A DNA stretch of 64,000 nt, from positions 5,704,001 to 5,768,000 of the forward strand of contig JBHGNT010000017.1 of NCBI GenBank assembly GCA_043228905.1, read 5' to 3'. The notes beneath the pieces were generated by a model, which saw nothing but the letters and a program-made list of their open reading frames with translations, was not told the DNA's origin and made no database searches. This DNA comes from Azolla caroliniana (Eukaryota; Plantae; Polypodiophyta). Shown here one piece after another: positions 51,601-62,600 of this stretch (position 1 is its first letter; each line of letters begins with the position of its first letter). A program made the position numbers and the translations under genes.

Positions 51601-52296
51601 TAGAATATACATACACATATGGACACATATATATGTTGTATGGAACATACATACACACACACACAAACATAACACACAACACACATGAAATACATACAAT
51701 ACAAAACATAACACACAACACACACATGAAATATACATGAAACACATATATGTTATATGGAACATACATACACACATGGACACACATATATGTTGTATGG
51801 AACATACATACACACATACCTATATACACTTACATACATACACATTTACACATATAACACATACATACAATACAATATGTGCACACATACATACATAAAC
51901 ACACACGCACACACGCACACACGCACACACGCACACACGTGTAGAATATACATACACATATGGGCACATATATATGTTGTATGGAACATGTATACACACA
52001 CACAAACATAACACACAACACACACATGAAATACATACAATACAAAACATAACACACAACACACACATGAAATACACATGAAATACATATATGTTATATG
52101 GAACATACATACACACATGCCTATATACACATATATACACTTACATACATACACATTTACACATATAACACATACATACAATACAATATGTGCACACATA
52201 CATACATAAACACACACACACACACACGTGTAGAATATAGATACACATATGGACACATATATATGTTGTATGGAACATACATACACACACACAAAC

Positions 52297-53016
52297 ATAT
52301 TGTTGAGGATGAGATTGTGATTAAGCGGAATGTTAAGTGGGATAGCTCAAATGAATTACTTTTGGGTTTTTGTGGGTTGAAGTCATCCAATCATCAATGT
52401 GTCTCATCATGTATGATAAAGGTGGGTGACTCTAATGCTGATTATGAAACCATTGTTAGCTCCTTTAAAGACTATGTGGTTGGACACTATGCTAGGGTGT
52501 TAATTGCGAATCCTCTTCACCCTAAACTTCCACGATTAGTATTGGTTGTACAATGTACATGTAATTGCTTTGATGCAGATTTTGTAAAATGCCAATGGAA
52601 TGAAGTGGAAACTTTATGGGAAAAACACCTCTCCACAAGTATTGGGCCAATTGTTGGACATGCATTTGATGGAGATAGTAGGAGAAGAAAGATTATGCTT
52701 CAAGTTTACTTAACCCCAAGCATATGCTTAAGATATAAATTGCCTTGGGATGGTTGGATCTTCACAGGTCAAATGCATAATGATATGGTAAGTTGTCTTC
52801 ATGATCAAGATTTCATCCATAATGGAAAGAAACTTGTGAATGCACTAGATAATCCCTCAAGACAATTAGTAATTGGGGATGTATGGATCACATTGAATCA
52901 TGTGCCTTTGGTATATAATAACTTCTCTATTGATGCACATGGCTTAAGGGAATGTGATATTACGAGAGAAGATAGACAAAATTGGGCTGGAGCTCAAAGA
53001 ATTGCAAGTAGAAATG
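52297..53016 (+). pseudogene. P-element-like DDE transposase core fragment (~240 aa)
   Basis: Motifs in P-transposase order: EDEIVIKRNVKWD..LLGF (first Asp), GHAFDGDSRRR (second Asp), DQDFIHNGKKLVN (DxxHxxK), DRQNWAGAQRI (resembles D/K-MKV..A.Q). N-terminus and the final Glu segment are not visible. Confidence 0.65.
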
Positions 53017-54699
53017 TAGAAACCAAATATAAACCTACGGTATTCCAAATATATTTTCTGATTTCTTTACTTCCATGTATATTAAGATTTCTTGCTTTTG
53101 TTGTTACATTTTATGATATAGGTCCAATGTTGAAGATGGAAACGACATGAAATTTACAGCCTAAAATGAACTTCTTAGGGTTTTCTTTTTATATACTCAG
53201 TCTTTATAAGGGTAACCTTTATTGCAATAAGTTTTTTAAGTAGATATTGCAATAACAAAATGATTTATTTTATTTCATTTTGATTTGGGTAAGAGTATGT
53301 GAATAGATGAGGAGGTCTTACATTTCAAATGGAAATATGAAGTAGGTTGCCATTTGTTTGATCAATGTGTTTGAGAAAAAATAATATTATGTCTTTATAT
53401 GAGTCTATATCCATGAAACCAAACATAATGTTAATTTGTTAGTAATTTCATTATTGATATGCATTTTGGATTGTTCCATATGTGCTCTTTGAGATGTATG
53501 TGTTAAGTTCAAGATTGTTTTATTGTAAATTACATTGTTTTTTATCACTCAATGTTCTTCATACGTCTCAATAAACTAAAAACAAAAACTTATATGTGGC
53601 TTGTATATGTTATAATTGTAGTGTTTTTGGGTAATGTTTCCTAATTGTGTGTACATTACTTTGTACTTTACACATTGTGTTTTCAATCTATGTGGCACTT
53701 AATGAAGCATTTCTAGGAATTTGCATATGATGTTTAATGTCGATTCATAATTTTGCGAGTCATCAATTGTAAAGATGGTCATTGATCCCTTCTAGGATTG
53801 CAACCTATGTGTGCATGTATATTTTATATGTAAGGGTATTTAAAATGGGTAGTTATCAAAAAATATATTGGTAATAAGGGGTATTTTTATTAATCTTTTT
53901 TCTACAGAAGGGTTACTAAAATAGTAAAAACCATACGTATAAGGGGTTTATAAATGATGTCATGAACGCACGTGATACAATCTTCTTATGTATAGTGGAG
54001 TCCCCGGGGCCGACGGTTCCGTCAACCGCTACAAAGCGCGACTCGTAGTGAAAGGCCCAAACGCACGGAGTTGACTACGAGGAGACCTTTGCCCCGGTGG
54101 CAAAGATGACAACGGTACGGATCATAATTGCGCTTGCCGCGGCGAAAGGGTGGCACCTCCATCAAATGGACGTCAAGAACGCCTTTCTACAAGGCGAATT
54201 AGAAGAGGAGGTGTACATGATACAACCACCCGGCTTCAACTCGAGCACCCATCCGAAAGCTGTCTGCCGACTCAAGAAGCCACTCTACGGCCTCCAGCAA
54301 GCACCGTGTGCTTGGCATTCGAAGATAACGCAATATCTTCATCAAATCGGCTTCTGTATGTCAAAATCGGACAACTCCCTCTACATACGAAGCGATTCCG
54401 CAACTCCGATCGTCATCATCTTATATGTGGATGACCTAGTCATTGGAGGTGAGCATCTCGTCGAAATCAATAAGGTCAAATCCCTCCTTTCCATTTGGCT
54501 CGGAACCCGGTGTTCCACGCGCGGACAAAGCACATCGAAGTGCACTATCACTTCATCCGTGAGCGTGTTCTAGCTGGCGATGTCGACCTACAACACATTA
54601 GCACCAATCTTCAAACGACCGACATCTTCACTAAAGCCTTAGGAGCCGACAAGCTATGGCAATTCATGACCGATCCCTGACATGCCAAGCTTGAGGGTT

Positions 54700-55531
54700 T
54701 GTTGGGAGACAGGTCCCTCCGGATGGAAAGGGAGAAGAACAGTGCTGATGAACAAGCTCGGCCGAGGCTGATAGGCCGAGGCCGAAACCGGAAGAGAAGT
54801 ACCCGGCTACGGAGAGCCGGATGGTGCAGGCCCGGTGTGAACCGGATGAGGAGTACCCGGCTACGGAGAGCCGGATGGTGCAGGCCCGGTGTGAACCGGA
54901 TGAGGAGTACCCGGCTACGGAGAGCCAGATGGTGCAGGTCCGGTGTGAACCGGATGAGGAGTACCCGGCTACGGAGAGCCGGATGGTGCAGAACCGGTGA
55001 GAACCGGATGAGGAGCACCCGACTACGGAGAGCCGGATGACGCAGACCCGGTGCGAACCGGAGGAAGAGACATATTCGTAAATATGTTTCTGAGAGCCCA
55101 TCGAGGCTACATTAGTAAATAGCCGAAAAGTCATATTAGTATAAATATGACTTAGGGCAAACTTTTAGCGGGGTGTTGTTGTTGTCATTTTCTTGTTGGT
55201 GCAAGAAGAGAGAGCGTGTAACAGTGTACAGAGAGAGAGAGAGAGAAAGAGGTCGTTGCCTCTGTTGTAACCGCCGCCTGTGGCGAAGATCTGTGAGCAC
55301 GAGGTCGGTGCCTCAGTGAACTCATTGTTGTACATTCCATCATAGTGATAGTTTGCAGCCTGTGGGCTGCCGTGGTTTTTCCCCCTAGTTTGGGGTTTTC
55401 CACGTAAACCTCCTGTGTACCTCTTCTCTCCTTTTGTGTCGCGTGTTTTTTTTTGTTTCCTGTTTTCTGTGTAAGAAAAGAATCTCGGTCGTGGCCGAGC
55501 GTTGGACATAAGGAGCGTAGAGTTCCCGTCA
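54700..55531 (+). mobile_element. Probable solo LTR of a second Copia family, containing a 54-bp tandem array (54787-55060)
   Basis: TGTTGG...GTCA ends. GTGGTTTTT..GGGTTTTCCACGTAAA motif typical of Copia LTRs. Imperfect AGGG(T/G) duplication; it splits the host's CTTGAGGGGGAGTAC. Confidence 0.55.
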
Positions 55532-56580
55532 AGGGGGAGTACTAAAGACGCTACGCAATAAACCATGGATTCCACAACCGTGCAACGAAGCCACGAAGAG
55601 CCGATCTACCGCGCAAAGGCACGAAGAAAGACGCAAGCTGAAGCACAGACTTCGAAACTACGCACAACGCAAGCTGGAGCACGGATTCCGCAACTCCGCA
55701 TAAATGCGAGTCGACGCAAACTCCAGAATGCAAGTTGAAGCGGATTTCGGATACTGTTTGAAACCAACCTGACTTGAGCTTGAGGGGGCGTGTTGAAAAT
55801 CAAGGTCAACTTGGTCTAGTGTGTGAACTCACCTTGAGAGTGAATAGACACTCCAACGGTCAAGAGTCACCATTATGTCACCTCTTTGTATTCTAGCATT
55901 TAGTATGAGTCATAGAATCATATTCTATGACACATAACTTATGAGCTTTCATATTCCCCATGCTCCATGAGTCTTGTAGTTAATGAAGAGAGAGGGTGAC
56001 TATATAAAGCACCCTCCTCCCACCTTGTATTGTGTTGAGTCTTTCTCCTTTGTTAATACAATCTACCTTGCGTATACTCTGTGTCTTACTCCTTGTCTCT
56101 CTCACACACACACACACTCTCTCTATCTCATACACACACACAGTTCACACCTATTCCGCTACACAAGAATCATACCCGATTCTTTACATTTTTATTCTTG
56201 GATTTTGAACATTTTTTGTCTTCAAAATCAACACTACATAGCTTGTTATCTTAGAAACCTTTTGTGGCTGGAAATTTGTGTAACTTGAAGTTTTAAGTAT
56301 GTTCAAAACACATTTTTGGCTTTTTCGTAATTGGAATTTTTGGTGGCGGAACATTCAACCGGTGTTGCTTGTCGAGGTTGCTATTGTAGACCAGCACCCA
56401 ATCTCCCTCGATCTTTCGGGGCCGCAGTCGAGGTGTTTTGTCAAATCAGACCTTGTTCTTCATCCAGGTTGCCTTCATCCGTTCTTTTGCTCTCTGTAGA
56501 TCCTCGAGTCGTCTTTCGAGATGCCATATTCGTGCAATTAATAATTCCTCCATGCTCATCTCGTCCTCCCATGGAACCGT

Positions 56581-59500
56581 TGTCGTGTTGTTACACTCTC
56601 GCGTGTGAAATGAGGCGGGACTGCGGGGGCCCTAGACCAAGGAGCGTGAGAAAGAAGAAGGAGAGCAATTCACAGAAACACAGGGAGAGAGAGAGACGGG
56701 AACAGAAGATTCAATTACTATTTCAACAACGATTACAACCGGCAACCCAGCAACAGACCCGAAACGAGGTCCCACGCACACACACACAGACGACACAGAG
56801 AATGCACGGTGGAGCCTCCGCTGGAAGCACATGGGCTTACACGCAACATAGGTGACCAACACAGAAACGTAACGGAGAGCGACGATTGAGGAGGAGAAAG
56901 CTTGGTTCCCAGTCCGACAACACTTCGTCCTCGCCAAAACGCGATAGCTTTTACAATTCCCCTCCCTCTCTTTTATAGCCCAAGGAGGGAGGCCGTTACA
57001 ACTTGTTACATCATCTTTATTCTCTGCCCTTTCGGACAGAGATATACCTCGATTTCCTACCTATCAAATCCGTGCGACCTAGGATACTCACATCAATCGA
57101 CTTGTATCTAAATATGAACATTACAACAAAACTTGTGCCCGCGTGTAAGGGCTGGTTCGCGCACATCATTCTCCGATTCCGCCTAGGGACGGTTTTTTCC
57201 ACGATATCCGCCCCCACCTAACCGCGCATCCACCGGTATGCGCCAAAATAGACTCTTGTCGGAGAAGACCGGTCCGCGGTTACCCTTCGTCCTCCGGATT
57301 GCCATTTGCTCCGAACCGGTCGTCCTCGCTATCCAAGTCGTCCGGGTCCGGTTCATCCTCGTGCCGCTTTTTCAACACTTTGATCCTTTTCCCGACCATC
57401 GGTATTGCCATCCTCGTCCCGTCAAGCTCTGCGAGATGTTAGGTCCCGTTGTCGTTGGCGCTTGTCACCACCTAAGGCCCGAACCACCTCCTTGCGAACT
57501 TCCGCATCGGCTTGTGTTGGTTGTCGAGGCTGCTGTCATATACCAAAACCCAGTCACCTTCCTCGATTTTCTTCGGCCTTAGTCAGTGAGTCTGGTCGAA
57601 TTGTCCCTTGTTCTTTACCCTCGCGGCCCGCAGCTTTTCTGTGGCTTGTCCCACATCCTCCGGTCTTCGCTTGAGTTGTCGGATCCGCGCCGTTAACAAC
57701 TCCTCCTGGCTCATCTCGTCTCTCCAGTCCACCGTGGGCCATGAGGAGATCATTTGCTCCATTGGCATGATCGGCTTTTGCTCGTACATCAGCTCTGTCG
57801 ACATTAACCCGGTTACCGAACTGTGCATAGTTCGGTCGGCCCACAACGCATAGGGTAAGAGCCGTGGCTAGTTTCCGACTTGGCCTCCACATGCCCGCAC
57901 TAACGCTTTGACGATCGGCCTGTATCCACGTTCCACCTTCCCGTTCGCCTCCAGATTGTACGCCGTGGTGAGCGAGAGTTTAACCCCTAGCCGATCAAAT
58001 AGCTCTTCAACCTCTTATGCATCCAGTTCTCCGTGGTCGGCTACGATCTTTCCTAAGCACCCGTATTGGCATACTACTTCTTCGATCAGAAATCGGCACA
58101 CGACCGCGGTCGTTTTGTTTGGCAATGCTCGGCCTTCCACCTGGTTCGTCAAGTCCTCTCGAGCCAGAACCAGATATCGCATCTGCCCTACCCCCATCAG
58201 CATCATCACTAGATCCACCATCCACTTGAAGTGGACAATTGAAGGGTAGGTCGGGTGGAGCTCGTCCCGATGTCGGACTATGGACTGCATTTGACAGCTT
58301 TCGCAAGCCGTCATGAACCAATGCACGTCTCGGTATAGTCTCGGCCACTAGTACTTCCGCTTCAGCTTCTCGAATGTGGCTCACGTCCCATGGTGTCCGG
58401 CCCCAAGGACTCTCGTGGTACACCGTCAACAATTCCACCTGTTCCTCTTTCTTCGCCACAACCCAGAGCGGGATGCCGTTTCTCTTCTTCGGGTGCTTCC
58501 ATATGCACCCATCCCGTAGGAAGAATCGGTACGCTTTCTTCTTAATCTGGTTGGTCTCTTCCTTCGTCCATGCCACGTCCAGTGTCATTGTCTTCAGGAA
58601 CCAGCCGATCTGGAACCGCTCCCCGTTGTACTTGCTCTCGTCGAACTCGTTAAGCGCTAAAGTGCTCCCCTTCCTTGCTGTTACGTAAGCCGTCTCGAAG
58701 AAATCCACGCCGACTTCTTCGTCCTCCGAAACCATGTCTTCCTCATCATCGAATCTCGTCCTTGAAAGCATGTCGGCCATGGCGTTGTCCTTTCCAGAAA
58801 TGTGTCGTATTTCCGGATTCAGGGACTTGATGTACGCTATCCACCTGAGCATTGCCAGGTCCGACGTCGTGCATCTGGAAACCATACTGAGAATCGGTAG
58901 GCAATCCATCTCAATTATCACCTCCATCCCGATCAGGTAGTCTTTGTCAGCCTTGACGGCCGAAACGATACCCCAGAGTTCACTGAGGACTTTGGCGCCA
59001 AACCGGATGGGGAACCTTCATGCCATTCTCATCCTTGTGTCTACGGTCACGTAAATCAAAATGTCTTTATCGTAGACCGCTTTCCGGAGTGCCGGCGCCG
59101 CATCAAGTGCTTCTTTCATTTTTCGGACCGACTCCATATGCTCCTCTCTCCACTGGAATTTACGCCCTTTCTTCAGCAATCCATAGAGCGGCTCCGCGAC
59201 GTGGCATAATGCGGGATTGAGATATGGTAGAACACGCATGCTCCCAAGAATCTCCGCACCTCCGTAGCCGACTTGCCCCTTTCCTTCATTACGAAGATGG
59301 CTTCTATCTTTGCCGGAGACGGTTTCCGGCCATAGGGCCCGCACAGGTGACTGACCATTAGGATCTCCAATTGGCCAAATGCCGATTTCTCTTCGGAGAA
59401 AGTGAGCCGCGCGTCCTCCAGCCTTTGCAATACCTTCTCGCAGTCATTAATGTGGTCTGCGACGAACCTCCGGCATCCGTCCGGCCCAAACCGCCTCGTC

Positions 59501-59602
59501 CTTATCCTCCATCGGGCATCCTTTGATCGGGATGTCGTCCAGGAATGGCATGGTGATGTCTGGGATGCAGTCCCTTAGCACCTTGTTCATCGCATTCACC
59601 AT
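56581..59602 (-). mobile_element. 3' half of a Ty3/Gypsy element (RT-RNaseH-integrase, PPT, 3' LTR)
   Basis: RT PFLDDIPIKG; RH..ISGKDNAMADMLSR; integrase (CESCQ, WMVDLV, IVADHGE). PPT GGTGGGGGCGGA; LTR 56581-57206, related to 40231-40976. Confidence 0.85.
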
Positions 59603-62600
59603 GTGCACCCAATCTCCAATGTTAAAACTGGATGGAAGCCAATGACGATCCGCGTAAACCTTGTGTGTTTGTTGAGCTTGTTGTAGATGAGTAGATAAAT
59701 CTGCTTGTATCTTGCATAACCGCTCCAAACGATCCTCTACGCAAGGATTTGTGGGTAACTCCGGGGTTTCAAATACACACCACCGGGGGTGACAACCGGT
59801 ATAAGCATAAAATGGTGTAACCTTTGTCGATGAGTGGACAGAGGTATTATACACAAATTTGGCCCAAGTGGAGAATATCCGCCCAGTTATCTTGATGATA
59901 ACTTAGAAAGCACTGATGATACTGCTCCAGCGTTTGATTTGTTTGTTCTGCTTGGCTGTCTATTTGCGGGTGGTAGCCAAAGGAGAGGTTACAAGTGACC
60001 TTGAACATTTTAAAGAGGTGCTTCCAGAATTTCGAGACGAATTGGGGTCCATGGTCGCTGATGATACTATCGGGAAGGCCATGATGCCAACATACTTCAC
60101 GCATGACAGTTTCGACGGTTTCCTCATTGGAGATTTCCTTAGTACATGGCAGGAAATGGGCCATCTTCGTATATTGATCTACCACTATTAAGATCGCATC
60201 AAATCCCTTAGAGACTGAAAGATTTGGGATGAAATCTAAAGCAATTGATTGCCACTGCTTGCTTGGAATTGGTAATGGTTCTAATAAACCATATGGATGA
60301 TGCCTTGGCATTTTTGCTCTATAACATGTATCACAAGTCTGAACAAAATCTTCGACAAATTGTCGCATATGGGGCCACCGGAATGATCAATGTACTAAAT
60401 CTAATATTTTAGTACTACCAAAATGCCCAGTAGTATATGTGTCATGATAGTTTTGGACTACTAGAAGGTGACAAGAACCATTAGGAACATATAAGAGTTT
60501 CTTAAAGAATAGTAATCCATCATGACATTCGAATTGTGGATAGTCCGTACCTGGTTGTTGCGATTGTGAACAAGATGCTCAAGAGGGATCAATTTGTGAT
60601 AGAATGGCTTGGGCGAAATTATCTGTCTTCAAGTCCTCACATATAGTTTCGATAACGTGGGAATCCAAGGGCATACCAAAGACTTGAGTTGCTTGCAGTT
60701 GTGCCAATCCTAGGATTACTTGCTTTTGGTTATCGAAAGTTGGCTCGCCAAGACGCAGTGCTAGATACGAGCGTTGTGATAATGCATGTGCCTTCGCTTG
60801 TTGCTTCCCCGGACGATATGTAATTTTGAAGTCGAAACGAGTGAGGAATTGGACCCACCGAGCTTGACGTCGATTTAACACACGAGCATTCTGAAAGTAG
60901 GCAAGGTTTTTGTGATCACTAAATACGGTGACTTGATGAGAATATCCCTCTAGAAAATGCCTCCATTGCGTTAAAAAGTCCACTATTGCTAATAGCTCCT
61001 TATCATGAATTTCAATGTTGATTTCGGCGGCGTCAAACTTGCGTGAGTGGAAAGCCACAGGATGTAGCTTTTCATCATCGCCTTGTTGTGACAGAATGCT
61101 ACCCAAGGCGAAATCCGACGCGTCTGCTTTGATGATGAATGGTTTTCCCGGATCAACATGAGTTGGAATAGGAGCTGATGTAAATGCCTTCTTAAGACCC
61201 TCAAAAGCCATGTCTTCTTCTTCAAACCAAACGAACAATTGTCCCTTCCTAGTAAGCTGTGTGAGAGGCAGAATAAGCTTTGAGTAATCCTATATAAACT
61301 TGCGATAGAAATTGGAAAAGCCTAAAAGCATTGGACATCTCCCAATGAACGTGGAGTCTGCCACTCTACCACCATTTTGACCTTAGCTGGATCCATGGAG
61401 ATGCCTTCCGAGGAAATGACATAGCCCATAAATTCTACCTGGTTGCACTCGAAACTACATTTTTCCAGCTTTGCATAAAGACCACGTTCTCGAAGTCGTT
61501 TTAGTACTAATAATACATGAGAATCATGCTCTTCTTGGGTCTTCGAATAAACCAGTAGATCATCCAAATAGATGATCAAACAAACATCCAAGAGATCTCA
61601 GAATATATTATTTGCCATGTGTTGGAAAAATGTTGGCGCATTAGTGAGGCCAAATGACATGACCGTATACTCGAAGTGCCCATATCTGGTAGGAAACGTG
61701 GTCTTCCATTCATCTCCTGGTCGGATCCGTATGACGTTATATGCTCCTTGTAAGTTGATCTTTGTGAAGAACCTTGCACCATTGGTCTGTTCTAAAATAC
61801 TTGAGATAAGGGGAAGTGCATACCTATTCTTGATGGTGACCTTATTCAAGCCATGGTAATCTACAACGAGACGAAGTGATCCATCCTTTTTCTTGACGAA
61901 GAAAATGGGTGCGTTGGCTGGAGATTTCGAATGTTGAATGAAACCATTTGCCAAATTCTCCTCTATATAGGCTCAGAGGACTTCTAGCTCGGTTGGTGAC
62001 AAATTGTAGATCGGTCCCCATGGTGGCTCTTTTCCCAATTGTAAATCAATGGGGCAATCATACGGTCGATGGTGAGGAAGCGTATTGGCTTGTACTTCAT
62101 CGAACACATCAGCATAATGATGATACTTCTCTGGAAGTTGAACGGTGGACTCCTCTTTAGTGGTTTTGGAGGTTTAACTGATACTGCGAAGAGAAACATT
62201 TCTTCCTTGTGTCCTTCCTCATGCAACTGATGTAGCGAAATGGTTGCAATCTTATGAGTAGATCCTCGGGTTTGTTGATACTGGATTTCTCTTGTTCTCC
62301 AATCTATGTCTGGGTTATGTAATTCGAACCATGGTAATCCCAAAACAATGGGATGTTCTGGGATACTAATTATATTAAAGGATACTACACACTCTAAATT
62401 ATCTAGGACAATATTAACGGTCTCTAACTCTTCTATGATATTTCCGGAAGCAATGGGACAACCATCAATAACTACTACAGGGTTGGACACGAGAGTTTTC
62501 TTAGGGATATCTGATGAGCTTGGGCAAAATTCCTATCCATGAACGAAGAATTAGCTCCGGAATCTAGGAGTGTCGAGACATGTACTAGAGAGGTACTTTT

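Larger units (their letters stand above)
46090..52296. repeat. ~6-kb compound (TA)/(CA)/(TACA) microsatellite with higher-order repeats
   Basis: G-poor + strand. ~160-bp units at 46241-46897; larger repeated blocks 50460-52296; long (CA)n run ~51154-51220. Confidence 0.95.
45849..54008 (+). mobile_element. Cut-and-paste DNA transposon, P-element/THAP9-like, non-autonomous, 8160 bp
   Basis: Exact 8-bp TSD GCCGACGG (45841-45848 / 54009-54016). TIR CCCAGGGACTTCACTAT vs CCCGGGGACTCCACTAT (15/17). Removing it restores the Copia RT peptide VKYNADGSVNRYKARLV. Contains a transposase fragment. Confidence 0.88.
42374..56188 (+). mobile_element. Ty1/Copia LTR retrotransposon with both LTRs, disrupted and carrying nested insertions
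   Basis: LTRs 42374-42777 and 55791-56188 (TG...CA, only a few substitutions apart). TSD TTTTT; PBS TGGTATCAGAGC 42778; PPT TGAGGGGGCG 55781-55790. gag from 42946, protease VDSGASNHM, integrase HSDVWGP, RT KARLV/DVKNAFL/YVDD, RNaseH ARTKHIEVHYHF. Frameshifts and an RT-RNaseH deletion near 54492. Confidence 0.95.

Noticed and set aside
46009-52298. Dozens of His/Thr/Tyr/Ile- or Val/Cys/Met-rich ORFs
   Set aside because: Translations of TA/CA microsatellite that lacks stop codons; no coding signal.
45849-54008. hAT assignment based on the 8-bp TSD
   Set aside because: The termini are not (C/T)A(G/A)-type and the peptide lacks hAT motifs (D-x-W, C-x-x-H, T-R-W); the motif order fits P-like transposases better.
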